Part shown: positions 1 to 13,050 of the stretch, in pieces
Layout: the number at the start of each line of letters is the position of its first letter
Numbering within the stretch: position 1 is the first letter of the stretch
Source: Chiloscyllium plagiosum
Taxonomy: Eukaryota
DNA: 51,820 nt
NCBI RefSeq assembly: GCF_004010195.1
Contig: NC_057722.1
Location: forward strand, 62,170,379-62,222,198
Direction of reading: 5' to 3'
Program-made: the position numbers and the translations under genes
The notes under the pieces: generated by a model
Told to the model about the DNA's origin: nothing
What the model saw: the letters and a program-made list of their open reading frames with translations, nothing else
The model's database searches: none

Positions 1-172
1 CACCTATCGCATTCCAACGCCCCTCCCCCAAGTCCCTCCTCCCTACCTTTTACCTTAGCCTGCTGGACACACTTTCCTCATTCCTGAAGAAGGGCTTATG
101 CCCGAAACGTCGATTCTCCTGTTCCTTGGATGCTGCCTGACCTGCTGCGCTTTTCCAGCAACACATTTTCAA
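1..172 (+). mobile_element. Penelope-like element 3'/pLTR fragment (family A) with hammerhead motif
   Basis: Near-identical to the tail that follows the GIY-YIG ORF at about 8740-8900 and to 13944-14001; contains CTGAAGA-A-GGGC-ttat-GCCC-GAAA-CG-TC. Confidence 0.85.
84..111 (+). ncRNA. Minimal type I hammerhead ribozyme motif (PLE family A)
   Basis: CUGANGA core at 84-90, 4-bp stem II GGGC/GCCC, GAAA, palindromic ACGU in place of stem III, GUC cleavage triplet. Stem I pairing is weak. Confidence 0.7.
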
Positions 173-179
173 CACTGAA

Positions 180-345
180 AGAGGCCCCTTTACAAAGAGG
201 CAAAGCTTCTTTCCATTTACCCTATCTATGTCCCTCATAATTTTGTACTCCTCAATCAGGATTCCCCTCAGCTTTCTGTTCTGAGGAAAACAACCCCAAT
301 CTATCTAGTCTCTCTACACAGCTGAAATCCTCCAGCCAAGGCCAC
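180..345 (-). mobile_element. CR1-type LINE 3' ORF2 fragment
   Basis: Minus strand resembles LGLFS...RGDLIEVYKIMRDIDRVN, matching other CR1 copies in the window. Confidence 0.7.
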
Positions 346-1409
346 ATCCGAGCATTGTTGATGGTGCACTCATCCAGGCAAGTTATAATACAAAGGTTAT
401 TGGTATTATAACAAAATACGGGGCAAACTGGTTAAAATTTAAACTATAACCCAGAATTAGAAGTATAGCCTATTTAATCTCAAACAAACATGCTCACACA
501 TACACAAGAGACGATGTTAACCAAAAAAGGAAAAAACATCCTTATTGACCAATGGTCAGTACACCACCAGCTAGGGTTTGACGAATTCTTACAATTTCAT
601 GTTAACAAACTCAAAACTGTTGGCAGCTGCGTAGGACGATCAAACAAAACGTTCGGTTTGCCTGAAAATCAAGCTGGATCTAAATGTTCAGAAATGGTCA
701 CAATTCAGTCTTTAACGTTGTGGAAGGTAATCAAAATACTGAGGTGTAGAATTTATTGGACACCCACATTTCAAACAGGAGAGAGAGGGAGAGATTTGCT
801 GCCTACCACTGATTCTTCTGACCACCAGATGTTAAAATCAGAGGAGACAGGAATTAAAGTAAAGAAGCCTCGGTTTCTCTCCTTTAGGTTACACTCTCTC
901 TCTCCTTTCCTTTCCTTCCCTCCTCCTCCAGGTACACAAGTCTCCCTCTTACTGCGGGGGTGCACAGTATTCCCCCTTACCCCGTACCTGTGCTGAAAAG
1001 CCGGCCTGATGCTATAGGTGTTCTCCGACATCTCACCGCAGGCCCGGTCGCCCCAGCAACAGGCACTTCCGCCCCGCCACAGCCGGTCCCCGTGCACGTC
1101 CGCCCCGCTTGCTGTCCGTCCCCCTCTCGCTCCGAAAGGAACATTTCCCTTCTGCTTAGTTCCGGAATTCAGTTGGTCTCACCACCACCCCTTCCGACAA
1201 GCTTACTGCTCCCTGTCAATCCTCTCTGCTGCCCCTGCAACCTCAAAATCAAAACAATCCCTATCTCCTCAGGTGGAGGGATGCTTTTCATCACATTAAA
1301 ATGTCACAATCCAGAATACAGAGGGCTTCAAATCATATGGGAGCATAGAAGGTCAATATCAGAAAAATGCTCCACAGTGTCAATACCAAGCAAAAATATC
1401 TGGAAGACA

Positions 1410-1540
1410 TGATTTGGAGATGCCGGTGTTGGACTGGGGTGTACAAAGTTAAAAATCACACAACACCAGGTTGTAGTTCAACAGGTTTAATTGGAAGCAC
1501 TAGCTTTCAGAGTGCCATTCCTTCATCAGGTGTTTTTTTA
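1410..1540 (-). mobile_element. Short hammerhead-bearing PLE-derived element (family B)
   Basis: Same ~125-bp sequence as 22117-22239 and 17530-17652; flanked by the 12-bp near-perfect TSD atct(g/a)gaagaca (1398-1409 / 1541-1552); 5' end at CAC-CTGATGA. Confidence 0.8.
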
Positions 1541-1779
1541 ATCTAGAAGACAAGAATGAGAATGCCTAGATGTAAAGTGATTAGTAAAAGCCGCAAATGT
1601 GATGTAACAGAATCAATGTTTTTATCCAAAATTTATATTTTCTCAAAGCAAATGACAAAGCTAGTTAACATCTAAACTATAATCTAGAAATCAAATCATA
1701 TTCCTGTCAATCCCAGACACACTGACCTAACACCCAGTTTTGGGTAGTGATATCCTATAGGTACTGAGATCACTAGAGG

Positions 1780-2810
1780 TGTATGTAGTACTCAAATTGT
1801 GGCCTAACATGATGATTTACACAGTTCCAGCATCAACTCCCTGCTCTTATATTCATATTTTATACAACTGCTAATGAAGTATTCTGTATGCCTCCTTAAC
1901 AATCTTTTCAATTCATCCTCAGGGATTTGTGGGCATTTATTATAATGTCAGTCATATCCTCCCATTTATTGTGTATTTCTTTGCTTTGCTTGACTTCTTT
2001 AAATACTTCACCTCACACTTCTCCAGACTGAATTCCATTTGCTAGTCGTCTGTCCCCCAACCAGTGATATCTTCCTCAAGTCTCCAGCTATGTCCCCCCC
2101 ACCCCCAAACACCATCCCACCTATGAAACTTGCTGCCAATTTTTATCTCCTGCAAACTTCATGATTATGCCTCCTACAATTCAGTTCAATCATTAACCCT
2201 GTACCATAAAAACTAGGGGACTTGAATCGAGTCCTGTGCGCATAGTTCCAGTCACCCATACCTGTCAGTAACTTTTTGCTTCCTGCCATTCAGCCAATTT
2301 TGTATCCAGCTTGTTACATCTCCTAAGTTCCAAAAGCTTTTCTTCAAAATCAGTTTGTCACATAGGACCTTATTAAAAGCCTTGCTGAACTCCATGTTGA
2401 CCACATCAACTGCAGTACCTTCATCAATCAGCCCTGTTACCTCAGCAAAACATTCAAACAAGTTTGTCAGAAATGATCTTTCCCTATCAAACTCAATTTG
2501 ACAGTCCTCTATTACTCCATGTCTTTCTCATGAAAAGCTTACCCTGTCTCTCAGAATTGATTCCAATGATTTGAACAGTACCAAGATTGACTGACTGACC
2601 TGTAATTGTTCAGTCTGTCACTCCTCCATTTTTTAAGCATAGGTACAGTGTTAGCAATTCTCCAATCTTCCAGCACCACACTTGCAGCCAGGGAAGATTG
2701 GAAAATGAGTATATCTGTGATTTCCTCTCTGGCTTCTATTTATAGCCTGGGGTGCATTTCTTTGGGCCTTGGGAATTTATTCACTTTTAAGGACACTAAT
2801 TCCATTAATA
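1780..2810 (-). mobile_element. Degenerate CR1 LINE RT fragments
   Basis: ORF 2252-2461 reads FAEVTGLIDEGTAVDVVNMEFSKAFNKV...WIQNWLNGRKQKV, the CR1 RT D(F)SKAFD region. Confidence 0.8.
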
Positions 2811-4099
2811 CTTCCTCTTGACTAATAGTATAATCCCAAATGATTGTAATACTAGACAAGTCAGATCCCGGAGTGAAACCTCGCTTGATAGGTCATAAAT
2901 TTTACTTCTGCAATCTTGGTACCAAAGTGGTCAGTCGCTGAACATTTTCAAATGAAGCTGCCAATGTACTTTTAATTGAAGAATTTCAAAGTTTATTGCA
3001 CCCAACAGGATCAGAAAACAATCACTATATTACACAATATAAGAATTATTTGCAAGCGTCTTGTTATAAATATTTGTTATGACACAAAGACAGGCAAACC
3101 AAATCAGCCTCCTTATCCCTGTATTTTCAACACATTAAATTTTAAAACATTCAATAACCTCAAAATTAGTCCCAGTGGTCCCTTGAGATATTGTATTCTA
3201 GGGCCCTTCACTAACACACTCATAAGCACTTTATGTCTATTCATTCATAACTCCTTTACTAACCCACTCCCATTTCATCATTAATAATTCCCTAGTTTAA
3301 CACAGTTCCATTCGTTCATAAAACTGCGGTTCTGCAGTATATTTTACTATCATAGGACAGACCAAATTTAAAACAACACTTTCAAACCCATTACTGCATT
3401 TTCACACCTTATCAGCCTTTGCTACATCTGAATAAGTGTAGCATACAGAACAATATCATCCCCGCCATCATGTCTCCACAAAACATTATATTATTAATCA
3501 TCCCTTACCAACCATCTTCCGGACCTGAATACATTATAGAACACCAAGCAGTTTCCCCAAATAGTATGTACTGGTTAAATATCTTTTAACTGGGCCATTA
3601 TCCCTTTAAGAGACTGGCAAAACAATGCTTATTTGAAATTGTATGAATGAATGAAACTCACACCGACAAATTGTAAACAAATCTCGTAACCGAGCTGCAG
3701 TAATCAGTTAATATTGTTACAAAGTCGAAAGCATATATATTAACTTTAAAATACAGAGTGTTTTATCGAAATATTGAAGTAAACTTAAAGTGCAGGCTCT
3801 GCTGCTTGATGACATTTGTGCCAGATCGCAATGCAGCATCTCATTCCCCAATGAAGAGGTCAGTGATACAGCCTGGGCACAAGGCTTTGCCAATATAGCT
3901 GACTTCCCCCATTCTCACCATAATAGACTACGTACACATGTTGTCTTCTGAATGTCAAAGCATAACTTGTTCATCAAAAAAAAGTGTTCCATTCAATCAA
4001 ACTGTAAGTAATCTGTGATCATCATATCACATCTTACAACTCTGTGCCAGTTATCCGAAATGGCGACAGACTTGAGAAATCCCAAGTTCTTGCTTCGGT

Positions 4100-6450
4100 T
4101 CAAGGGCTGGATACGTGCTGGGAGACGAAGGCTGGATACCAGCTGAGAGACGAGGGCTGGATACCTGCTGGGAGACGAGAGCTGGATACCTGCTGGGGGA
4201 CGAGGGCTGGATACCTGCTGGGGGACGAGGTCTGGATACCTGCTGGGGAATGAAGGCTGGATACCTGCTGGGGGATAAGTGCTGGATACCTGTCGGGAAA
4301 GAGGGCTGGATGCCTGCTGGATGTCGAGAGCTGGATACCTGCTGGAAGACAAGGGCTGAATACCTGCTAGGAGTAAAGACCTGGATATCTGCTGGGGGAT
4401 GAGGGCTGGATACCTGCTGAGGGACAAGGGCTGGATACCTGCTGGGGGACGAGGGCTAGATACCTGCTGGGGGACAAGGCCTGGATACCAGCTGGGGGAC
4501 GAGGGCTGGATACCTGCTGGGAGAAGAGGGCCGAATACCAGCTGGGGGATGAGGGCTGGATACCTGCAGAGGGATGAGGGCTGGATACCTGCTGGGAGAC
4601 AAGGGCTGGATACCTGCTGGGAGACGAGGGCTGGATACCTGCTGGGAGACGAGGGCTGGATACCTGCTGGGAGACGAGGGCCAGATACTTGCTGGGGGAC
4701 GAGGGCTGGTTACCTGCTGAGGGACAAGGGCTGCATACCTGCTGGGAGACGAGGGCTGGATACTTGCTGGGAGACGAGGGCCGGATACTTGCTGGGGGAC
4801 GAGAGCTGGATACCTGCTGAGGGACGAGGGCTGGATAACTGCTGGATGCCTGCTGAGGGACAAGGATTGGATACCTGTTGAGGGACAAGGGCTGGATACC
4901 TGCTGAGGGACGAAGGCTGAATACTTGCTGGGAGACGAGCTGGATACCTGCTGAGGGACGAGGGCAGGGTACCTGCTGGAAGACGAGGGCTGGATACCTG
5001 CTGTTGGACGAGGACTGGATACATGAGGGGGGAATGAGGGCTGGATACCTGCTGGGAGACAAGAGCTGGATACCTGCTGGGAGACGAGGGGTGGATACCT
5101 GCTGGGGGATGAGAGCTGGATAACTGCTGGATACCTGCTGAAGGACGAGGGCTGGATACCTGCTGGGAGATGAGGGCTGGATACCTGCTGGGAGACGAGG
5201 GGTGGATACCTGCTGGGGGATGAGAGCTGGATAACTGCTGGATACCTGCTGAAGGACGAGGGCTGGATACCTACTGGGAGACAAGAGCTGGATACCTGCT
5301 GGGAGACGAGGGGTGGATACCTGCTGGGGGATGAGAGCTGGATAACTGCTGGATACCTGCTGAAGGACGAGGGCTGGATACTTGCTGGGAGATGAGGGCT
5401 GGATACCTGCTGGGGTCAAGGGACGGATACTTGCTGTGGGACGAATGCTGGATACCTGCTAGAGGCTGAGGGCTGGATACCTGCTGAGGGATGAAGGCTG
5501 AATACCTGCTGGGAGACAAGAGCTGGATACCTGCTGAGGGATGTGCGCTGAGTACCTGCTGGGGACGAGGGCATGATACCTGCTGAGGGACGAGGGCTGG
5601 ATACCAGCTGGGGGACAAAGGTTGGATACCTGCTGGGAGATGAGGGCTGGATACCTGCTGGGAGACGAGGGCTGGATACTTGCTGGGAGATGAGGGCTGG
5701 ATACCTGCTGGGAGACGAGGGCTGGATACTTGCTGAGGGATGAGGGCTGGATACCTGCTGGGAGACGAGCGCTGGATACCTGCTTCTGGACAAGGGCTGG
5801 ATTCCTCCTGAGGGTCGATGGCTGGATACCTGCTTGGGGTTGAAGGCTGGATACCTGTTGGGAGATGAGGGCCAGATACCTGCTGGGGGATGAGGGCTGG
5901 ATACCTGCTGGGGGATGAGGGCTGGATACCTGCTGGGGGATGAGGTCTGGATACCTGCTGGGGGACAAGGGTTGGATACCTGCTAAGGGACAAGGGTTGG
6001 ATACCTGCTGGGGGACGAGGGCTGGATACCTGCTGGTGGACGAGGGCTGGTTACCTGCTGGTGGACGAGGGCTGGATACTTGCTGAGGGATGAGGGCTGG
6101 ATACCTGCTGGGAGATGAGCGCTGGATCCCTGCTTCTGGACAAGGGCTGGATACCTCCTGAGGGTCGATGGCTGGATACCTGCTTGGGGTTGAAGGCTGG
6201 ATACCTGTTGGGAGATGAGGGCCAGATACCTGCTGGGGGACGAGGGCTTGATACCTGCTGGGGGACAAGGGTTGGATACCTGCTGAGGGACGAGGGCTGG
6301 ATACCTGCTGAGGGACGAGGGCTGGATACCTGTTGATGGACGAGGGCTGGATACGTGCTGGGGGATGAGGGCTGGACACCTGCTGGTGGACGAGGGCTGG
6401 ATACCTGCTGAGGGACGAGGGCTGGATACCTGCTGGGGGATGAGAGCTGC
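4100..6450 (+). repeat. 25-bp G-rich minisatellite (GGGCTGGATACCTGCTGGG(A/G)GACGA)n, about 90 units
   Basis: Unit directly visible; it generates the repetitive RYPALVPQQVSS and GWIPAG pseudo-ORFs. Confidence 0.97.
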
Positions 6451-6990
6451 ATCTGCAATGATGGCTGATGGCTACATTCCACAACCCTCCGATGAAGGTG
6501 AAGCACAGGTACAATGCTGAGCAGGATGGAGCCGATGATAGTCCTCCTTAAAATCTGATTCTAGTGGTTAGAATAGTCAGGTTGTAGCCTGACAGTCCAG
6601 TCCAGGCAGAGCACATCGCTTGCTGTGTCCTCCACAAGTGGCGAGGTAAAGAGGGGTGGTTGATTCTGAAGAGCTGAAGAGTCTTCTGAAGAGGAAGTTG
6701 AGGACATTGAGCAGGAGGAACATAACTTTCAGGAACTTCAGCATTAGGCACAAGCCAGGCTAGACTTCATTGACATCTGGTTTCAATAGGTGTGAGCTGG
6801 GTGCTGTGATCATTCATCAGCTATAAATTTGGCGATGCGCAAAAGGCCAGTTGCCCTTTTTGTCCTCGAAAGCAATCACAGATCTTTTTTCCCCCTTTTT
6901 TCTGTTTTTGTTGTTGTTCAATAAGTTACATTTTCAAACTTTTTGAAGATTTCCAGTCAGTGATACTCCCACATTGAACAATGACAAGGT

Positions 6991-7629
6991 CATAGAGTCA
7001 AAGAGATGTACAGCACGGAAACAGACCCTTTGGTCCAACCGTCCATGCCGACCAGATAACCCAACCCAATCTAGTCCCATTTGCCAGCACCTGGCCCATA
7101 TCCCTCCAAACCCTTCCTGTGCATATACCCATCCAGATACATTTTAAATGTTGTAATTGTACCAGCCTCCACCACTTCATCCCATACACATACCACCCTA
7201 TGTGTGAAAAAGTTGCCCCGTAGGTCTCTTTTATATCTTTCCCCTGTCACCCTAAACGTGTGCCCTCTAGTTCTGGACTCTCCCTCCCCAGGGAGAAGAT
7301 TTTGTCTATTTACCCTATCCATTCCCATCATGATTTTGTAAACATCGATAATGTCACCCTTCATTCTCAGACGCTCCAGGGAAAACAGCCCCACCTTATT
7401 AAACCTCTCTCTATAGCTCAAACCCTCCAACCCTGGCAATATCCTTATAAATCTTTTCTGAACCCTTTCAAGTTTCACAATATCTTTCCGATAGGAAGGA
7501 GACCAGAATTGTACGCAGTATTCCAACAGTGGCCTAACCAATGTCCTGTACAGCCGCAACATGACCTCCCAACTCCTGTACTCAATACTCTGACCAATAA
7601 AGGAAAGCATACCAAACGCCTTCTTCACT
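6991..7629 (-). mobile_element. HER1/CR1 LINE 3' end
   Basis: ORF2 C-terminus VRPLLEYCVQFWSPSYRKDIVKLERVQKRF, followed by 3' UTR and (ctctatga)n-type tail; cut by the gap. Confidence 0.92.
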
Positions 7630-8155
7630 NNNNNNNNNNNNNNNNNNNNNNNNNNNNNNNNNNNNNNNNNNNNNNNNNNNNNNNNNNNNNNNNNNNNNNN
7701 NNNNNNNNNNNNNNNNNNNNNNNNNNNNNNNNNNNNNNNNNNNNNNNNNNNNNNNNNNNNNNNNNNNNNNNNNNNNNNNNNNNNNNNNNNNNNNNNNNNN
7801 NNNNNNNNNNNNNNNNNNNNNNNNNNNNNNNNNNNNNNNNNNNNNNNNNNNNNNNNNNNNNNNNNNNNNNNNNNNNNNNNNNNNNNNNNNNNNNNNNNNN
7901 NNNNNNNNNNNNNNNNNNNNNNNNNNNNNNNNNNNNNNNNNNNNNNNNNNNNNNNNNNNNNNNNNNNNNNNNNNNNNNNNNNNNNNNNNNNNNNNNNNNN
8001 NNNNNNNNNNNNNNNNNNNNNNNNNNNNNNNNNNNNNNNNNNNNNNNNNNNNNNNNNNNNNNNNNNNNNNNNNNNNNNNNNNNNNNNNNNNNNNNNNNNN
8101 NNNNNNNNNNNNNNNNNNNNNNNNNNNNNNNNNNNNNNNNNNNNNNNNNNNNNNN
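7630..8155. other. Assembly gap (N run)
   Basis: Run of N. Confidence 1.
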
Positions 8156-8900
8156 CTCCCTCGTCAGGGCCACACCCCCCACCAACCCAACCTCCACTCC
8201 CGGCACCTTTCCCTGCAACCGCAAGAAATGCAAAACTTGTGCCCACACCTCCCCCCTCACTTCCCTCCAAGGCCCCAAGGGATCCTTCCATATATGTTCC
8301 AATTTCACCTGCACATCCACACACATCATTTACTGCATTCACTGCACCCGATGTGGCCTCCTCTACATTGGGGAGACAGGCCACCTACTTGCGAAACGTT
8401 TCAGAGAACACCTCTGGGACACCCGCACCAAACATCCCAACCGGCCCATGGCTGAACACTTTACTCCCATTCCCACTCCGCCAACGACATGCAGGTCCTT
8501 GGCCTCCTTCATCGCCAGACCATAGCAACACGACGCCTGGAGGAAGAGCGACTCACCTTCCAACTAGGAACCCTCCAACCACAAGGGATGAATGCAGATT
8601 TCTTCAGCTTTCTCATTACCCTCCCCCCACCTTATATCAGTCCCAAACATCGAAATCAGCATCGCCTTCTTCACCTGCAATCTTCTTCCCGATCTCTCCC
8701 CCCCCACCCCCTTTCCGGCCTATCACCCTCACCTTAACCTCCTTCCAACTATCATATTCCCAACGCCCTCCCCCAAGTCCCTCCTCCGTACCTTTTATCT
8801 TAGCTTACTTGGCACACCCTCCTCATTCCTGAAGAAGGGCTTATGCCCGAAACGTCAATTCTCCTGCTCCTTTGATGCTGCCTGATCTACTGCGCCTTTC
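8156..8900 (+). mobile_element. Penelope-like retroelement 3' part: Cys-rich linker, GIY-YIG endonuclease (frameshifted) and pLTR with hammerhead at 8829-8856
   Basis: PCNRKKCKTC linker; IIYCIHCTRCGLLYIGETGHLLAKRFREH...AEHF; after a frameshift, RRLEEERLTFQLGTLQPQGMN. The Cys-rich linker suggests the Neptune group. Confidence 0.92.
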
Positions 8901-9133
8901 CAAATACATGTCAATCTTGTCCCTCAGGATTCCCTCCAACAACTTAACCACCACCAATGTCAGGCTCACTGGTCTATAGTTCCCTGGCTTGTCCTTACCA
9001 CCGTTCTTAAATAGTGGCGCCACATTAACCAACCCCCAGTTTTCTGGCACCTCACCTGTGACTATTGACAATACAAATATCTCAGCAAGGGGCCAAGCAA
9101 TCACTTCCGTAGCTTCCCACAGAGTTCTAGCAT
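8897..9133 (-). mobile_element. CR1 LINE ORF2 fragment (probably the same insertion as 6991-7629, split by the PLE)
   Basis: TGEVPENWGLVNVAPLFKNGGKDKPGNYRPVSLTLVVVKLLEGILRDKI; same strand as the upstream piece. Confidence 0.9.
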
Positions 9134-9269
9134 ACACCACCAAGACACGATGCTATGCTAGACATCCATGAAAGATTAGCATTCCCTTACACAAGGTTCA
9201 AACAAACAATGAAGCTAAGGACAATTAGCTCTCATAGCTTGATTCCTGATGATAGCTGAGCAGGTGGCT

Positions 9270-9860
9270 GCCCATAGTGGATCAGTGGTTAGCATTACTA
9301 CCTCACAGCGCCATGGAACCAAGTTCAATTCTCACCTCAGGAAACTGTCTGTGTGGAATCTGTACATTCTCCTTATGTCTGTGTGGGTTTCCTCCAGGCT
9401 GGGTATATGAATAGGAAGGGTTTGGAAGGATATGGGCCAGGTGCTGGCAGGTGGGACTAGATTGGGTTGGGGTGCATGGACGGGTTGGACTGAGGGGTCT
9501 GTTTCCATGCTGTACATCTCTATGACTATATATGCTGATGTCGGACTAGGATGGACAAAGTCACATGACAGCAGGTTTATTTCGGAGCAGCGCTCTGAAA
9601 GCTTGTGATTTTAAATCAATCTGTTGGACCATAACCGGCTATTGTATGATTTCTGTCTTTAAATATGTGCAGGTTAGGTGGATTGGCCATGGCAAATTGT
9701 CCATAGTGTGCAGGGACGCAGGACAGCTGGATTAGCCATGGGAAATGCAGAGGTTACAGGGATAGGGTAGAGGGGTGGGTCTGAGTGTATTGTTCTTCGG
9801 ACGGTCAGTATGGGCTCGATGGGCCAACTGGCCTGCTTCCGCACTATAGGGATTCTATTT
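9270..9860 (+). mobile_element. HE1-type V-SINE interrupted by a CR1 3' tail (about 9398-9530) and a PLE family B piece (about 9535-9660)
   Basis: tRNA-like head cagtggttagcattactacctcacagcgcc; SINE body resumes at atgtgcaggttaggtggattggccatg (about 9665). Confidence 0.8.
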
Positions 9861-11469
9861 TATGATCAGATAGGCAATGATGTAAAGCAACAAAACATTT
9901 ACAAATGTGGTATTCTGCTTGAAATATATTATCACTCATGCCACCTATATGCCCTTTGAAGGTTTTCTTTGATATTTCGCTCCCACTATACACGCTGTGA
10001 AGCTATTCCTATTCCTATTCCTATATCCCAGCATTTGACTTGGTGCACATCCGAGCTTTAAATATGATCTTGGCTGTGCAAATCCTGGAAATTCTCAACA
10101 GCAGAAGTATTTCTGTCACTGGTGAACTCAAGATAGCACAACAACGACACCATCAAGGCACAGTGCATATGTAATGAGGTGAGCAGCAAACAACTGTGTG
10201 AGATAACTTGCTAGACCTCAGAGAAACCTTCAAAATTGCTGAAATTAACAATTAGTGGATTTCCAGTGGAATTTCAGACCAGTATTCATTTTGCCTGATC
10301 TTGAAACCAGCTGTAGTTGCAGAACCATGATTACAAGCACAAACTGACATGAGAAATTGTGTGCAGGAACTTGGATTAGAATTTACTTCATTGGCATGTC
10401 TTCCTCACCAGCAACAATTGAGAACCTATTAGACTTTGTTCACCCATGGTTATATAGAGAGATAAGCGAGGTGAAGGCCAGCAGCTATTCTGAACAATGT
10501 GATGTAATCGATGGTGAGAAGTGGTATATGAACTGACTTTGTACACTCGTGATCTCTTTAATCCTGTCTTAAAGAGCCAGGTGTGATTGAGAATTGTGCA
10601 AGACTTATACAACATCCTTACTTATTTGCATATTGTGCTGGCTCTGGCCAACTTTTTACCGTAAACACACCTAGAAATATGAACTTGTATTATTCTCAAT
10701 CTTATTTCACATTTTTCTGTAAATGACCTGTTGGCAAAATTCAAAATATTAACTTTTTATATATGCTGTGTTATATGTCAATTGCATCTATAACAAATTA
10801 ACTCATAATATCTGTTTGATATATTTATTCAATGAATGGCTCAGTGGTCTGGGTGTATCAGGTAACCTTCCAGGAAACTTTCCTCTGTGACAAATCTTTT
10901 TGTTTTGCAATCAGCAAAAAAACAAGTTTTCTTTCCTTCCACCATACTGGAGAAAGTCTTGTATGAAAGAAAAGAAAACCTACAACATTCTGACAAAGGA
11001 TATTTGTTATTCTCATTGTCTTTCAGATATTCTTTAATCAGCCTGTGCAAAGATGTTATGACACACTTTGCAAACCCATGACCACTTCCATCCAGAAGGA
11101 CAAGGGTAACAAATACATGGGAACTGCCACTCACCATCCTGAGTTGGAAACAGATCATTGTTCATCCACTGTCACTGGGTCAAAATTCTAGAATTCCCTC
11201 CCTAAAGGCATTGTGGGTTTACCTACAGCACATGGACTGCAGCAGTGTGTGACAGTCTGTAACCCCTCCCCCCACCCCACCCCCTCCAAGGGCAGTGTGC
11301 AGGTACAGTGGTGTAGTGATTCTGGGCATACATGAAGGATCTCACAGGCAGTGCCCTTCTCACCACCAGCCAAGTGATGTCCTGATGCTTGTTGGAAAAT
11401 TCTAGTGAGGAGGCATTCTGCCAAATGACTGACAGTTTGAAACAGGATCCATCCTCTCCTTTTCCTTTA

Positions 11470-12010
11470 GGGTCTCAAGGACACTACGTGCTGACCACTT
11501 CCTGATGGACTTGCGGTCAAAGGTGTTTCTCTTTGCAAATTTCTCCACAAAGGAAGTTTGGAGAGCAATGCAGTGGTTTTAGTCAAGGTTCATCCTGAGC
11601 AGCTGTGCAACACAGGACTCTGTTCCCCCGGACCCACACCAATACAAACATTGGCTGTGCCTGGAGGACCATCAACTTGGTGAAAGGCACTCTCCGCCTG
11701 AAACTTGTTGACCTTCCAGAGCAAGGAGTTGATCTTGAGTGAATGTTGTAGACTGACACATTCCAACGTCCAAGAATACATGGGGCACCTTCTGTCAAGG
11801 TGCAGCAGGGAAAGACCACTGTTTGAGGACTTTGGCCAAAGTACAATGAGGGATCTGTTCAGTTATTGGACCTTCCTGGTGCCTCAAACGTATGTAAATC
11901 TTGTATCAGTTAAGAAATGCCTTGGGTTTGTTGTTCTACACTTGTAAAGACTGTCTACAAAATTGAACTGCTCTAATGACCATGTATGGAATAAATTTTT
12001 TTTATTAATA
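11470..12010 (+). mobile_element. Probable Tx1/L1-like LINE 3' fragment inserted into an older LINE tail (about 11110-11245 and 12040-12150)
   Basis: Broken frame CAWRTINLVK...FQSKELILSECCRLTHSNVQEY resembles Tx1 ORF2 C-termini; ends in aataaa and an A/T-rich tail. Confidence 0.55.
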
Positions 12011-12459
12011 AGGTACATTTTTGAAATTAAAAAAAGCATGAACAGCTGCAGTTTAAAAGGACAGCTCACTACCACCTTCTCAAGGGTAACTACAGATAGG
12101 CAATAAATGCTGGCCTAGCCAGCAATGCCCACATCCTAGGAGTGAATTAAAATAAAGGTGTGACTTGAATCCGGGTCTAGTGTGGTCCAGAGGTAGGCCA
12201 GGTAGTCCAGTGTACCACTGCCCCACAAGACACCACTGTCTTGTCTTGCTACACTTGATGAATTTAAACCCTGAGTAGCTGCATTGGCCAGGAGTCCTTC
12301 ATTTCTCTACATGAGAGGTTGGGATGAATTCAGACCTTTGAGAGGAGAGATATTGGTCAAACAAAAGAGATATTTTCCGTTATGCTTGTAGTGGATGTGG
12401 ATGTACTTGGCAAAGTTTTTGCTCATCCCAAATTGTCCTTGCATACTGATTGACTTTCT

Positions 12460-12632
12460 CAGCTATTTTGGAGAGCAGATTGAGCCATCATTGCTGTTTG
12501 AAGACACATGTAGGCCGGAGCAGAGAAGAGTGGTTGGCCTGCTGTGATGGGGTTTGAACCCATGTCCCCAGAACACATTAACCAGGGTGTCTGGCATATT
12601 CGTCCAATGTCTTCACCACAATACCACTGCCT
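12460..12632 (-). mobile_element. tRNA-derived SINE head
   Basis: Minus strand ggggacatgggttcaaaccccatcacagcag (B box); same family as about 24745-24930 and 28180-28495. Confidence 0.6.
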
Positions 12633-12789
12633 CCCTTGTGAAGGAAAATAGGATGACAACACTGCAATTATGAATGCCTCTGAAACCTCTGGACGTTGTT
12701 CAAATTATTCTGCTCAGCCTTACATCTGTCCGCTCCATAAACCTAAGTTCACTGAAAGTTCTGCATAAAAAGTCCTAATCATCTTAAGT

Positions 12790-13050
12790 GTCTTTCAGCC
12801 ATCACCCCCTGAGATTATTGACTTACACCGGTTCCCAGTTCAGCAAGGCCTTGGATTTAAAACAGACAAATTTGGTGTTTTAATCCCTTCACGGCATCAG
12901 CCCTCCTTAACTTTGAAATCTCCTCCGCCCGTACAGATCTCTGAGATATTTGCTCTCCTTAAATTGTGGCCTCTCCAGCATCCCTGATTTTATCACTCCA
13001 CCATTTGGCGATCACATCTTCAGCTGCCTGGGCCCAAAGCTCTAAAATGA
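12790..13050 (+). mobile_element. L2-type LINE 3' fragment
   Basis: Degenerate HITP..DLH(W/R)FPV...DFK and GDH(A)FSCLGPKL motifs typical of L2 ORF2 ends. Confidence 0.55.

Noticed and set aside
490-1412. Overlapping 93-168 aa ORFs with a CpG-rich patch
   Set aside because: No recognisable domain or coherent splice structure; probably an unclassified repeat or LTR.
2845-3720. Possible solo LTR (TGTAA...TTACA termini)
   Set aside because: No matching target-site duplication and no second copy in the window; a repeat-library search is needed.
6032-6389. Chi-like GCTGGTGG octamers in the 25-bp array
   Set aside because: They are single-base variants of the unit, and Chi has no RecBCD context in a vertebrate.
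3993-6514. Long ORFs (up to 351 aa) of RYPALVPQQVSS and GWIPAG repeats
   Set aside because: Products of a 25-bp unit (not a multiple of 3) that is open in several frames on both strands; no splice or domain evidence.
7071-8525. 437-aa, 421-aa and 234-aa ORFs suggesting a CR1-PLE fusion protein
   Set aside because: They run through the N gap, and the two elements are on opposite strands.
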